64,000 nucleotides of DNA from a virus: the IMG/VR virus record IMGVR_UViG_3300008954_000025, positions 1 through 64,000 of that record; one strand, given 5' to 3'. Below are positions 9,353 through 18,709 of the stretch, one piece after another. Both the position numbers and the translations under genes were made by a program. The notes beneath the pieces were generated by a model that saw only the letters and a list, made by a program, of their open reading frames with translations, had not been told where the DNA came from and made no database searches. How positions within the stretch are numbered: the stretch's first letter is position 1; each line of letters starts with the position of its first letter.

Positions 9353-9366
9353 GAAAGGTCTGACCA

Positions 9367-11181
9367 GTGGCGGACGGCAACGAGACGGGGTCGTTCCGGC
9401 GAACCCTGCTGAGCTTCGCGGCCAAGTCGGCCGCCGCTGGATTGGACCGCCTCGAGGACGCGCTCTTCGACAAGGGTGAGGGCGCGGACATCGGCACAGA
9501 GCCGACAGGCGGCGCAGGGGCGCCCGGCACCGAGGCTGCGGCGTCGTCCACGCAGGGCGCGCCCGTCGTCAAGGGTGGCGCGCTCGGCCGGACGCTGCAC
9601 AGCGACTTCGCCCCGGCGGCGCCGTCGACCGGGCTCCGCGACGCGATGATCTCGAAGGCGCAGGCCACCGGCGCGATCCCCGGCGAGCCGCTCACCGAAG
9701 CCCAGGCGATCTACTGGGACCCATTCGCCCTGGTCGAGCAGCTCGGCTACAAGGAGAAGCCGACCGCCATCACCTACGGCACGCTGCAGGCGATGGTCTG
9801 GCGGCTGCCGATCCTGCGCGCGATCATCAAGACGCGCGTGGACCAGGTGGCGTCATTCTGCCTGCCACAGCAGCCGCCGCAAGACCCGGGGTTCCGGATC
9901 CGGCTGCGCGAGACCGACCGCACCCCGCAGGCGTTCGAGCTCCAGGAGATGCGCCGCCTCGAGGAGTGGCTGCTCACGACTGGCGTGATCCAGGTGGACC
10001 GGCGCGAGCGGCACGGGATGGAGTACCTCGTCCGGCAGGTCACCAACGACACGCTGATGTACGACCAGCTCAACATGGAGGTCGTCAGCGACCGTAAGGG
10101 CCGGCCGAGTCAGTGGTACTCCGTCGACCCCGCGACCGTACGCTTCGTCGACTCCGCCAAGCTGGCGCCGGACCACTCGATGGACGCGCCCTACGCGGTC
10201 CAGATCTACGACAACGTCGTCACCGGCGAGTTCACGCGGCGCGAGATGGTGTTCGGCGTCCGGAACCCGCGCAGCGACATTCGCTCGCACGGCTACGGCA
10301 CGTCCGAGACCGAGATGATGGTCAACACCGTCACCTACCTGCTGTGGGGGATGGAGTACAACGGCCGGCAGTTCTCGCAGGGCTCGATCGCCAAGGGCCT
10401 GCTCAACATCAAGGGGCCGATGCCCGAGCGCCAGCTCCGCGCGTTCCGGCGGCAGTGGTACCAGATGGTGGCCGGCGTCGAGAACGCGTGGCGCACGCCC
10501 ATCGTCAACGCCGAGGACCTGGAGTGGATCGACCTCAACAAGTCGAACCGCGACATGGAGTTCGGGCACTGGCTCGACTTCCTGATCAAGATCGCGTGCG
10601 CCATCTTCGCGATGGACCCGATCGAGGTGAACTTCAAGTACGGCGGCTCGGGCCAGAAGGCCATGTTCGAGGCCGCCAACAAGGTGAAGATCGTCGAGTC
10701 GAAAGCGAAGGGCCTGCAGCCTCTGCTGAAGTTCGTCGCCAGCATCTTCAACGAGAACATCCTGTGGCCGAACAGCGAGGACTTCACGCTCGAGTTCACC
10801 GGGCTGAGCCCGATGACGCCGAAGGAGCTCGCCGACCTCGAAACGCAGAAGGTCCGGACGTACATGATGGTGGACGAGATCCGCGCGATGCACGACCTGC
10901 CGCCGCTGGCTGACGGCCTGGGTCAGATCATCGACTCACCGAACTGGATGGAGGCGCGACGCGAGCTGCTGCTGCAGGAGCAGATGGACGCCGAGCAGGG
11001 CGGCGGCAAGCCGTCGTCCGATGGCGGCAAGCCGTCGTCCAGCGGGGGCAGCAGCGCTACGGATACGAGCACGGCCACACCCGGCACGGCGCCGGGCGGT
11101 ACGCAGCAACCTCCTCCGCCGGTGACCAAGTCGCTGACCGGCGCGCTAGGGAGCGACACCGTCTGGGACATCAGGCTGTAA
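9367..11181 (+). CDS. Portal protein
   Basis: Herelleviridae-like motifs: IIKTRVDQVA.F, D.LMYDQ.N.E, VDPATVR, RNPRSD...GYG.SE.E, NAW.TP, DMEF..W..FLI, SK.KGL.PLL. Confidence 0.93.
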   Translation: MADGNETGSFRRTLLSFAAKSAAAGLDRLEDALFDKGEGADIGTEPTGGAGAPGTEAAASSTQGAPVVKGGALGRTLHSDFAPAAPSTGLRDAMISKAQATGAIPGEPLTEAQAIYWDPFALVEQLGYKEKPTAITYGTLQAMVWRLPILRAIIKTRVDQVASFCLPQQPPQDPGFRIRLRETDRTPQAFELQEMRRLEEWLLTTGVIQVDRRERHGMEYLVRQVTNDTLMYDQLNMEVVSDRKGRPSQWYSVDPATVRFVDSAKLAPDHSMDAPYAVQIYDNVVTGEFTRREMVFGVRNPRSDIRSHGYGTSETEMMVNTVTYLLWGMEYNGRQFSQGSIAKGLLNIKGPMPERQLRAFRRQWYQMVAGVENAWRTPIVNAEDLEWIDLNKSNRDMEFGHWLDFLIKIACAIFAMDPIEVNFKYGGSGQKAMFEAANKVKIVESKAKGLQPLLKFVASIFNENILWPNSEDFTLEFTGLSPMTPKELADLETQKVRTYMMVDEIRAMHDLPPLADGLGQIIDSPNWMEARRELLLQEQMDAEQGGGKPSSDGGKPSSSGGSSATDTSTATPGTAPGGTQQPPPPVTKSLTGALGSDTVWDIRL

Positions 11182-11191
11182 GGGAGACACG

Positions 11192-11584
11192 ATGCGAGTC
11201 GAGCACCAAATCCACGTTCAGATCCACGACGACACCGACGCCAAGGACGCGCTGTGGGCGCCGGACAAGACGCTGGCCAAGACGGTCATCACGAACATGC
11301 AGCGGCACCAGGCCGGCACGTTCCAGATCGACGCGGCCGCGACGGAGAACCTGTCGCTCGGCGACATCGCGGCGGTGCGCGCGGTCTACATCGAGGTCGA
11401 CGGCAACTTCAACGTCGTGTGGAACGGCGGCGCCGAGATCTTCAACTACCTGCTCGCCGACACCACCAGCGGCCGCAAGGCGCGTTGCTTCAACGAGATG
11501 ACCGTGACCGCCTGCGCGATCACCAACCCGGGCGCGGCGGCCATCAACGGCCGCTACGTCGTGTACGGGGACCCGACGGCCTGA
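11192..11584 (+). CDS. Probable small beta-rich virion (head decoration-type) protein
   Basis: AAGGGAG RBS; beta-strand-rich 130 aa ORF in head module. Confidence 0.6.
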   Translation: MRVEHQIHVQIHDDTDAKDALWAPDKTLAKTVITNMQRHQAGTFQIDAAATENLSLGDIAAVRAVYIEVDGNFNVVWNGGAEIFNYLLADTTSGRKARCFNEMTVTACAITNPGAAAINGRYVVYGDPTA

Positions 11585-11916
11585 TGCGCGCGCTGTACGA
11601 CAGGATCTCGCCGCGGCACACCGAGATGTGCGTCGGGACGCGAACTGCGGTGGCGTTTCGGCGCCGCGGGCGGAGCTTCGTCGTGCAGGTGCCCGGTGAC
11701 GAGCACACGCCCACGCTTCAGGCGATCAACCCCACGTGGGAGTACACGATGGACGGCCAGCGCCGGCTCATGTGCACGACCGTCGATGTGGAGCTGTACA
11801 TCAACGCGCGCCGCCGGCTGCTCGAACGCCACAACGGCACGCTGACCAAGTTCGCCCGGATCGCTACGGCGGCTGGCGACGAGCTGAACCGACGACCGTT
11901 CGGGTGTGTGAGGTAA
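11584..11916 (+). CDS. Hypothetical protein
   Basis: TGATG coupling; MRALYDRISPRH start. Confidence 0.55.
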   Translation: MRALYDRISPRHTEMCVGTRTAVAFRRRGRSFVVQVPGDEHTPTLQAINPTWEYTMDGQRRLMCTTVDVELYINARRRLLERHNGTLTKFARIATAAGDELNRRPFGCVR

Positions 11917-11919
11917 GCC

Positions 11920-12894
11920 GTGCACTTTCACCTCGAGGCTGCGCAAGGCGAGTTGCGGACCAAAGGTCGGCGGCTGGTCAAGGCGATCGCGGATCGCTTG
12001 GTCGAAGAGGACGTCGAGCTGGCCAAGGCGCTGTACTCGACGCTGCTCGACCTGGCTGATGTGCAGGCGGCCGCCGAGCCGCTCAGCAAGAGCGACACCG
12101 ACGCGACGTACAACATCGCGGCCGGCTCGCAGATGGGGAACCGTGCGGTCGGCCCTGGCGGCTCCGGCCCGAACATCGCGTCGTTCTCGCCAGTCCAGCT
12201 CAAGCCGCAGACGTCGGCCAGGATGCGCGAGCGCGTCGAGGGCCAGAAGAAGACCGACGAGGAGCTCGCCTTCGCACGGCACGCCATGGACGTCCGCAAG
12301 GAGGGCATGAAGCTCATCTGGAACACCCCGGACGACTCGAAGGTCTTCGAGCTGCCGCAGCCGACACACCGCAGCGACACGGCGCAGAACGCGCTCGACG
12401 AGGCGCCGGCGCAGAAGCTCCGCCTCGAGGACAACGCGGACCGCCTGCGCGCGGGTTCGGCCGAGTCGGCGCCCAATCACGTGGGTCAGAAGCCCACGGG
12501 CCCGGCGCTGATGCTCCCGGCGAGCTATGAGAAGTGCGAGCAGCCCTCCGACGCAACCCCTGCAGCGGCGCCGACGCTCGGCCTGAGCGCTGCGGCGCCC
12601 AAGCCCGCTAGCGTCTCGCTGGATGGGCCGCTGGCCATGGGCGGTTCGCACACGGTGAAGAAGCGCGGCCTGGGCGAAGTCACGCTCACCCGCGGCGATT
12701 CCGGCTACACTGTCGACATGGACGGCTTCGATCCGGTGGAGTTCGCCTCGCTGTCGGCTGCGTGCGACCACGTGTGGGCACGTGCCAAGGGGTACGACGG
12801 CGCCGACGCCTACAAGGAAGCGCACGGCGTGAACAAGGTGCCGAGCGGAGCTGGATGGAAGTTCTGGGGTCTCAAGCGCAAGAGGGCCGCCTAG
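11920..12894 (+). CDS. Probable head-associated protein with C-terminal RAMA/DUF2924-like domain
   Basis: LVKA/LAKA/LSKS motifs; C-terminal EFASLSAACDHV...SGAGWKFWGL. Confidence 0.65.
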   Translation: MHFHLEAAQGELRTKGRRLVKAIADRLVEEDVELAKALYSTLLDLADVQAAAEPLSKSDTDATYNIAAGSQMGNRAVGPGGSGPNIASFSPVQLKPQTSARMRERVEGQKKTDEELAFARHAMDVRKEGMKLIWNTPDDSKVFELPQPTHRSDTAQNALDEAPAQKLRLEDNADRLRAGSAESAPNHVGQKPTGPALMLPASYEKCEQPSDATPAAAPTLGLSAAAPKPASVSLDGPLAMGGSHTVKKRGLGEVTLTRGDSGYTVDMDGFDPVEFASLSAACDHVWARAKGYDGADAYKEAHGVNKVPSGAGWKFWGLKRKRAA

Positions 12895-13160
12895 TGTCCG
12901 TGCACGTTCCCACGAAGCTGGTGCTCGGCGCCGACGACCTCGGGTCGATTCGGTGTCCCGGGTGTAAGAACAAGGCGCTGCAGAAGTCGTCCGACGGTGC
13001 GCTGACCCTGCGGCCCAAAGGCCCGGTGCGTTTCGAGGACGACCGCTGCTTCATGAAGTGCTTCCACTGCGACCGCTCGATCGAGCTGCCGCTGGCGCTG
13101 GCCAAGAGCGAAGACGCCGCCCCTGCGCGGGTCGTGCTTCGCATGCCCGCGCACCGCTGA
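12894..13160 (+). CDS. Small zinc-ribbon protein
   Basis: CPGC...CFHC; LQKS and LAKS motifs; TAGTG coupling. Confidence 0.7.
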   Translation: MSVHVPTKLVLGADDLGSIRCPGCKNKALQKSSDGALTLRPKGPVRFEDDRCFMKCFHCDRSIELPLALAKSEDAAPARVVLRMPAHR

Positions 13161-13184
13161 CGGTCGGGGCGCAAAACGCCCAGC

Positions 13185-13214
13185 TTGACCGGACCCCGGA
13201 AACAACAGTAAGAC
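13185..13214 (+). promoter_or_regulatory. Sigma70-like promoter for protease-scaffold-capsid operon
   Basis: TTGACC(13185-13190)-18 bp-TAAGAC(13209-13214). Confidence 0.45.
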
Positions 13215-13220
13215 CGAAGA

Positions 13221-13330
13221 CAGGCTCGGTCGGGAAACGTCGTTCGCGCGGCAGATTCCGGAAAGGGGCGCAAGTGATGGTCTGGCACGGACCTCACCTG
13301 CGCCCCTTTTCCATTTTAAGCCGAGCCCGG
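13221..13330 (+). ncRNA. Structured 5' leader / candidate cis-regulatory RNA
   Basis: GGCTCGG(13223-29) pairs with CCGAGCC(13321-27), enclosing a CGGGA..TTCCG arm and a long hairpin GGAAAGGGGCGCA(13260-72)/TGCGCCCCTTTTCC(13299-312). Confidence 0.5.
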
Positions 13331-13337
13331 AGACGAA

Positions 13338-14261
13338 GTGGACGAGCTCTGGGACGAACTGGTGAAGGGCATGACCGGCGACGGCACGTTCCGCTACTTC
13401 GCACCGATCTCGTTCTTCGAGAAGGCCGACGCGCCCAAGGGCGAGCAGCGCCGGTTCGGCGGCATCAGCACGACCGACGAGAAGGACCAGGAGGGCGAGC
13501 AGATCCTCCAGCGCGGCCTCGACTTCGACAGCTACTTCATCAAGAAGGGCTGGTTCAACGACAACCACGCCAAGAACGCCGGCGGCATCGTCGGCTACCC
13601 CTCGGGCGTCCAGTTCTTCAAGAAGGGCTCCAGGCTCCCTGACGGGACCACGGCGCGCGCCAACCTGCATTGGACCGAGGGCTACCTACTCAACGGGCAC
13701 CCGCCCGCCGACGCCATTTGGTCGGCCGGCATGGCGCTGCAGAAGTCCGGCGGCGGCCGGCGCCTCGGCCAGTCCATCGAGGGCAAGGTGCTCCGGCGGA
13801 CTGGGGCCGACAACAAGACCATCGCCCGCGCGCTCGTGCGCAACGTGGCCATCACGCACTGCCCCGTGAACGTGGGCAGCTCGCTCAACTTCCTGGCCAA
13901 AGCGCTCGTCGCGGCCGAAGAGGCCGAGAACGGCGAAGCGCGCCAGCCCGGGGACGAGTGCCCCGAGACTCCGAAGCCCGCGCGCAAGGACGAGAAGATC
14001 GCCGCGCTGGGCATGGGCGCGCCCGGAGCAGCTGCCGGCTCGGCGACCGGGCTCGGTGAGCAGCCGGGGCCGTCGGCCGGGCGCATCATCACACCGCAGT
14101 CGCTCGAGGACGACCTGACCAACACCGCACACAAGTCACTGACGCGTGGGCAAGCGTTGGACGTGATCTTCGCGCGGTTCCCGAGGCTCAGCGCCGCCGA
14201 AGCCGGCCGCATGCTCGACCTCACCTACACAATGAAACGGAAGGGGCTTCTAGCGCCATGA
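13338..14261 (+). CDS. Prohead (maturation) protease
   Basis: GISTT..KDQEGE.I, F...GWFNDNH, LG.SIEGKV, VAITHCPVN; position upstream of scaffold and capsid. Confidence 0.9.
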   Translation: MDELWDELVKGMTGDGTFRYFAPISFFEKADAPKGEQRRFGGISTTDEKDQEGEQILQRGLDFDSYFIKKGWFNDNHAKNAGGIVGYPSGVQFFKKGSRLPDGTTARANLHWTEGYLLNGHPPADAIWSAGMALQKSGGGRRLGQSIEGKVLRRTGADNKTIARALVRNVAITHCPVNVGSSLNFLAKALVAAEEAENGEARQPGDECPETPKPARKDEKIAALGMGAPGAAAGSATGLGEQPGPSAGRIITPQSLEDDLTNTAHKSLTRGQALDVIFARFPRLSAAEAGRMLDLTYTMKRKGLLAP

Positions 14262-15061
14262 AGATGACCAACTGCAAGGGGTGCAACAAGGAGTACCCGG
14301 ACAACGCGCTCAACGGAGGCAAGTGCAAGGGCTGCATGAGCAAGAGCGAGGAGGACACCGTGACCACGGACGAGCTCAAGAAGTCGATGGACAAGATCGA
14401 GCAACTGACCAAGGCGGAGACGCCGGAGGCGCGCAAGCAGGACCTGCTGCAGAAGAGCCTCAACGGCAGCGCCAGCGCCGAGGAGCAGGGCGAGCTGGCC
14501 TCGCTGCTCAAGGGCGAGAAGCCCGCAGGCACCGACGTCGCCGGAGACCTGGCCAAGTCGCTCACCGACGGTGACGACCTGCAGAAGTCCATCGACGTCA
14601 GCGGCGCGCTGGCCGACCTCGTGGGGAACCTCGAGAAGGCGCTGGGCGCCGTCGGCGAGCGGATCGAGAAGTCCGCGTCGCATCAGGGCGAGGTCAACCT
14701 CGTGCTGGCCAAGGGCCTGCTCGACAGCTGCAAGCTGACCGTCCAGACCAACGACCTGGTCAAGAGCCTGCAGACCGAGATCGAGTCCTTCGGGCGCCAG
14801 CCCGCAGGGCAGCGCCGCTCCGCGAGCACGCCGAGCGACGTGGTCAGCAAGGCGCACGGCGGTCAGGCCCCGGGCGAGGACCAGATCACCAAGAGCGACG
14901 TCCTCAACATCATGGAGGCCATGTACGACGAGGGTCGCACGCCGATGGCGCCATGCGGCGAGGATCTCAACAAGGCCATCGCGAAGATGGAGAGCGTCGG
15001 CGACGTCAGCGCTCCCCTGATGCGTGACCTGGCCGCGTTCCGCAGCAAGCGGATGAACTAG
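14258..15061 (+). CDS. Capsid scaffold protein (alternative start GTG 14360)
   Basis: Helical acidic protein with about 14 hydrophobic-x-K-[S/A/G] motifs, between protease and capsid. Confidence 0.8.
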   Translation: MKMTNCKGCNKEYPDNALNGGKCKGCMSKSEEDTVTTDELKKSMDKIEQLTKAETPEARKQDLLQKSLNGSASAEEQGELASLLKGEKPAGTDVAGDLAKSLTDGDDLQKSIDVSGALADLVGNLEKALGAVGERIEKSASHQGEVNLVLAKGLLDSCKLTVQTNDLVKSLQTEIESFGRQPAGQRRSASTPSDVVSKAHGGQAPGEDQITKSDVLNIMEAMYDEGRTPMAPCGEDLNKAIAKMESVGDVSAPLMRDLAAFRSKRMN

Positions 15062-15107
15062 GCACCGTCGAAACGACTCGGTTCCAACGAAGAAGGAAGG
15101 AAACACG

Positions 15108-16559
15108 ATGCAAGGTCACAACATGGTGAGCTGGCGCGACTACGAGGGCGTCGACGGTCACGGGCAGGCAACTGTCCAGGACGTCGTCGAGCTCAAGAAG
15201 GCGCTGTCTGCGGGCTCGTCGATCAACGCGCCGGCGACGGCGGCCGGAGAGGGCTTCCCACTCCGCGTCGAGAGCCTGGAGCGGACGCTCAAGAACACCA
15301 CGTATCGGATGGAGCACATCCGGTTGTGGAAGAACATCCCGAAGGTGCCGGCCTACAACACGGTCGAAGAGTACAACCGGGTGAACGAGTACGGTGCCCA
15401 CGACCAGGGCGCCTTCATCCGAGAGGGTGAGCTCCCCGGCGAGACCGACGCGACGTACGAGCGGGTCTACGCGACGGTGAAGTACCTCGGTACTCTCCGC
15501 CGCGTCACCCACGTCATGAGCCTGGTCAAGCCGGCCCACGGGAACGTGATCGCGCAGGAGACGGTGGCCGGTACCATGTACCTGCTCCGTCAGCTCGAGC
15601 GCGCGCTGTTCTACGCGGACTCCACGCTGGACACCGACCAGTTCGACGGGTTCGAGGCGCTGATCGCGAACAACGCGCCGGCCACGCACATCATCGATCT
15701 GCGCGGGTCCCCGCTGACCGAGGACAACCTCATCGACGCGGCGCTCACCGTGCAGAACGCGCCTGCGTACGGCATCCCGACGCACCTGCACATCAACCCG
15801 GCGGTCAAGGCCGACCTCGTGAAGAGCTTCTTCCCGAAGGCGCGCTACGACCTGATGGAGAAGCCTGACGGGATGGTGGGCCTCAACATCAACGGGTTCA
15901 CCTCGCCGGCCGGCGACGTGAGGTTCGAGCCGAACGTCTTCATCGACGACGGCGGGCAGGTCCCGACGGCCGCGGTCGGCCCCGTGGCCAACATCCCGGC
16001 GACGCCGGCGCTCACCGTGGCTCCGGCCGCGGGCGGCGCGGGCACGGGGCCCTTGTGGCTCGCGGGCACCGGCGACCACGACGTGGGCGCGTACATCTGG
16101 CGCATCGTGGCGGTGAACCGCTTCGGCCAGAGCGCGTCCCGCCGGTTCCCCGCGGGCGCCGCGACGTTCACGCCTACGGCGGGTCAGTCGGTCACCATGA
16201 CCGTCACCGACGGTGGTGGACCGGCGGCGTCGTACTTCAAGGTCTACCGGACCTTGCGCGCCGGCGCGGACAACACCCAGCGGCTCATCCTCCGGGTGGC
16301 CAACGGCGGCGGCGGCGTGTTGGTCACGGACCTCAACGCGCGGCTCCCGCAGACCACGACTGGGTTCATGTTCCAGCAGGACAACACGAACATGTCGTTC
16401 GCCCAGCTCGCGCCCATGATCAAGGTGCCCCTGGCCATCGTCGACACGGCGATCCGCTGGATGCAGCTGATCTACGGAACGCCGAAGCTGTACACCCCGA
16501 ACCACAACGTGCTCTTCCGGAACATCGGACGCGCCGCCGACTTCGTCGGCACGCCGTAG
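15108..16559 (+). CDS. Major capsid protein with Ig/FN3-like insertion
   Basis: ELKKALSAG N-terminus, LRVESLE, EYNR..YG, E.ALFY.DS, QFDG, IIDLRG; insertion YIWRIVAVNRFGQSA...FKVYR; A511/K-type pattern. Confidence 0.93.
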   Translation: MQGHNMVSWRDYEGVDGHGQATVQDVVELKKALSAGSSINAPATAAGEGFPLRVESLERTLKNTTYRMEHIRLWKNIPKVPAYNTVEEYNRVNEYGAHDQGAFIREGELPGETDATYERVYATVKYLGTLRRVTHVMSLVKPAHGNVIAQETVAGTMYLLRQLERALFYADSTLDTDQFDGFEALIANNAPATHIIDLRGSPLTEDNLIDAALTVQNAPAYGIPTHLHINPAVKADLVKSFFPKARYDLMEKPDGMVGLNINGFTSPAGDVRFEPNVFIDDGGQVPTAAVGPVANIPATPALTVAPAAGGAGTGPLWLAGTGDHDVGAYIWRIVAVNRFGQSASRRFPAGAATFTPTAGQSVTMTVTDGGGPAASYFKVYRTLRAGADNTQRLILRVANGGGGVLVTDLNARLPQTTTGFMFQQDNTNMSFAQLAPMIKVPLAIVDTAIRWMQLIYGTPKLYTPNHNVLFRNIGRAADFVGTP

Positions 16560-16590
16560 AGCCCTGAACAGGGCCTGAGCACAGGGACAT

Positions 16591-16622
16591 GAGGGGGGCT
16601 GGCCGCGGGGCTGGCCCCCCTC
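16591..16622 (+). terminator. GC-rich hairpin after capsid gene (no U tract)
   Basis: GAGGGGGGCTGGCC-GCGG-GGCTGGCCCCCCTC. Confidence 0.45.
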
Positions 16623-16644
16623 ACCACCAAGGAGGAGACGCACG

Positions 16645-16998
16645 ATGGGTGCAGCCAAAAGCCAGCACATGGACGACTTCATCGGGGGCCTCAAGGACCT
16701 CGAGATCCAAAACCTCGTCGCCACGCAACAGCGCGGGCTCGGCATCCAGTTCGCCAAGGGCCAGTTCACGAAGACCGGCGGCGGCAACGAGACGGTCTCG
16801 CTCGGCGGCGACTTGGGCCTCACCGACATGGAGAACACCAGCTACCTGGCGCTCATGTTCGACCAGGCCAACGCCGTCGCCGTGCAGATCGGCACGACGC
16901 TCACCGTGGACGGCTTCGACACCGGCGCAGGGTTCGCGGGCGGCGAAACGATCGACGTCCTGATCATCGGCCAAATCGAAGACCACCCCGACCCGTAG
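16645..16998 (+). CDS. Probable head decoration protein
   Basis: AAGGAGG RBS; small beta-rich ORF directly after capsid gene. Confidence 0.65.
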   Translation: MGAAKSQHMDDFIGGLKDLEIQNLVATQQRGLGIQFAKGQFTKTGGGNETVSLGGDLGLTDMENTSYLALMFDQANAVAVQIGTTLTVDGFDTGAGFAGGETIDVLIIGQIEDHPDP

Positions 16999-17031
16999 GC
17001 GAGCAGCGAGCTCTCCTGCTAAGGTGACACC

Positions 17032-17358
17032 ATGTCTGCGATCGGACTCAGGGGACACCAACCGCGCACGCGGCGGTTCACCGCGGCCGTTGCGCCAGCG
17101 ACCGCCGCAGACGCGATCGTGCGGCGCGACGCGCCGCAGGCGACGTCGCACCTCCAGATCCGGAACGAAGAGGCCGCAGGCGGCAACAGCCTGCGCGTCT
17201 ACTGGACCGAAGCGGACTTCGACGCCAACGCCAACTTCTTCACGATTCTGCCGGCCTCCGAGTACGAGGGGCCGGCCGAGGTGAAGGAGTTCTGGGTCCG
17301 GTCAGTCGGCGGAGCCATCGCCGGTGCGGTCGCCATCTTCTACACGCGAAGAGGCTAG
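17032..17358 (+). CDS. Probable small virion structural protein
   Basis: Beta-rich ORF (HLQIRNE..SLRVYW); TG-C-TAAGGT 6 nt upstream. Confidence 0.65.
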   Translation: MSAIGLRGHQPRTRRFTAAVAPATAADAIVRRDAPQATSHLQIRNEEAAGGNSLRVYWTEADFDANANFFTILPASEYEGPAEVKEFWVRSVGGAIAGAVAIFYTRRG

Positions 17359-17360
17359 CA

Positions 17361-18119
17361 GTGGGCATCTCAGAGTCGACAACTGGCGGCGGCGGCGTAG
17401 CGACTGAAGCGCTCGACGAAGGCGTCGCGATTGCCGGGACTGACAGCACGCTGAACTTCACCGGCGCCGGCGTCACGGCGACTCAGGACGGCGGAGACCC
17501 CAACCAGGTCAACGTCGACATTCCCGGAGCGGCTGGCGCCGATCATGGCGCGCTGGTCGGGCTGGGGGATGACGATCACACTCAGTATCTTCTGGCCGAC
17601 GGTACCCGTGCGCTGTCCGGGGCGATGGACTTTGGTGGTGTTGCCCACACCAACCTGCTGAGCATCGCGATTACCAACGGCGGGCTGGCTGGCATCGTCC
17701 GCGGTATCGCCGACGCCGTGGAGATCGGCTCGACGTCGGCGCATGCGACGAGGCTCCTGGTCGCCAACGCGACCAAGCTCCAGGTCAACGCCTCGGTCCT
17801 GTCGCTGACCAGCATCGGCATCCGCGAGGAGCGGGTCGCCTTCGGTGCAGGCGCCAACGCGATTGCGGTCACGCAGTCGATCGTGGGCAAGACCGCCATC
17901 ACGGGCGGCGGCGATACGATGACGCTGCCCGCACCGGCGACGGCCGGCGACGGCTGGACGTGCTCGATCACGGACGAGAGCGGTGGCGCCGGTACGGACC
18001 ACATCACGGTCGACGTCTCGGGCGGCGGGACCATCAGCGGGCAGGCGTCCGTCGACATCACCGAAGACTACGGCTCGCTGACCGTCTACTGCGACGGCAG
18101 CAACTACTTCATCCGGTAG
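17361..18119 (+). CDS. Head fibre / whisker-like structural protein
   Basis: TLNFTGAGVTAT, DHGAL.GL.DDDHTQYLLADGTR and TLPAP...DE.G......I.V...YGSLTVYCDGSNYF motifs common in phage fibre proteins. Confidence 0.75.
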   Translation: MGISESTTGGGGVATEALDEGVAIAGTDSTLNFTGAGVTATQDGGDPNQVNVDIPGAAGADHGALVGLGDDDHTQYLLADGTRALSGAMDFGGVAHTNLLSIAITNGGLAGIVRGIADAVEIGSTSAHATRLLVANATKLQVNASVLSLTSIGIREERVAFGAGANAIAVTQSIVGKTAITGGGDTMTLPAPATAGDGWTCSITDESGGAGTDHITVDVSGGGTISGQASVDITEDYGSLTVYCDGSNYFIR

Positions 18120-18128
18120 GAGGCAACA

Positions 18129-18374
18129 ATGGCACGCGACAGGATCAACCTCGGCCGCACGGCCACTCCCGCAGGCGGTAGCTACATCGACATCGTCGGG
18201 ACGTCGGCGCAGTTCGATGGCGAGAACAACCTGGTGTCCTTGTCGGTTCGGTTCACGCTCGGTGCCGACCCGACCGAGTACGAGTCGACGACCTTCGCAC
18301 CCGGCACTTCGATGAATCAGCTCAGGCAGGAAGTTAGGCGGGTCGCCAAGCTCGCTGCGGAGGCGCTCGGATGA
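18129..18374 (+). CDS. Hypothetical protein
   Basis: AGGAGG RBS, coupled to next ORF. Confidence 0.65.
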   Translation: MARDRINLGRTATPAGGSYIDIVGTSAQFDGENNLVSLSVRFTLGADPTEYESTTFAPGTSMNQLRQEVRRVAKLAAEALG

Positions 18375-18709
18375 CCTACCTCGTCCCGGCACCAGCGACG
18401 ATGGTCGCGCCGTCCATCACGTCGGTCACGGGCACCGTCGAGACGTGGGTCGGCTCGGTCTACTTGCCGGTCCGCACGATCCCAACGATCCGCGCCTTCA
18501 TGGGCGAAGAGACAGCAGCCCACGATGCCTCGCTGCGTATTCGTCGTGACGCCGACGCGAGCATTCTGACGACGCTGACCTCTGGCGCGCTGCCGGCCGG
18601 AGTCACCGGCACGGACGTCGCGGTCGCGAACGCGGATTGGTACCACCTATATCTGTTCACGGACGACGCCGCCGGGGTGGCAATTTGCACCGGCGTGCGG
18701 TTCGAGTGA
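18371..18709 (+). CDS. Small structural/fibre-associated protein (has a disrupted paralogue at 22150-23819)
   Basis: ATGA coupling; similarity to the split copy confirms coding status. Confidence 0.75.
   Translation: MTYLVPAPATMVAPSITSVTGTVETWVGSVYLPVRTIPTIRAFMGEETAAHDASLRIRRDADASILTTLTSGALPAGVTGTDVAVANADWYHLYLFTDDAAGVAICTGVRFE

Noticed and set aside
10998-11045. Tandem GGCGGCAAGCCGTCGTCC repeat
   Set aside because: Two-copy coding repeat (GGKPSS) in the disordered portal tail; not a CRISPR or regulatory array
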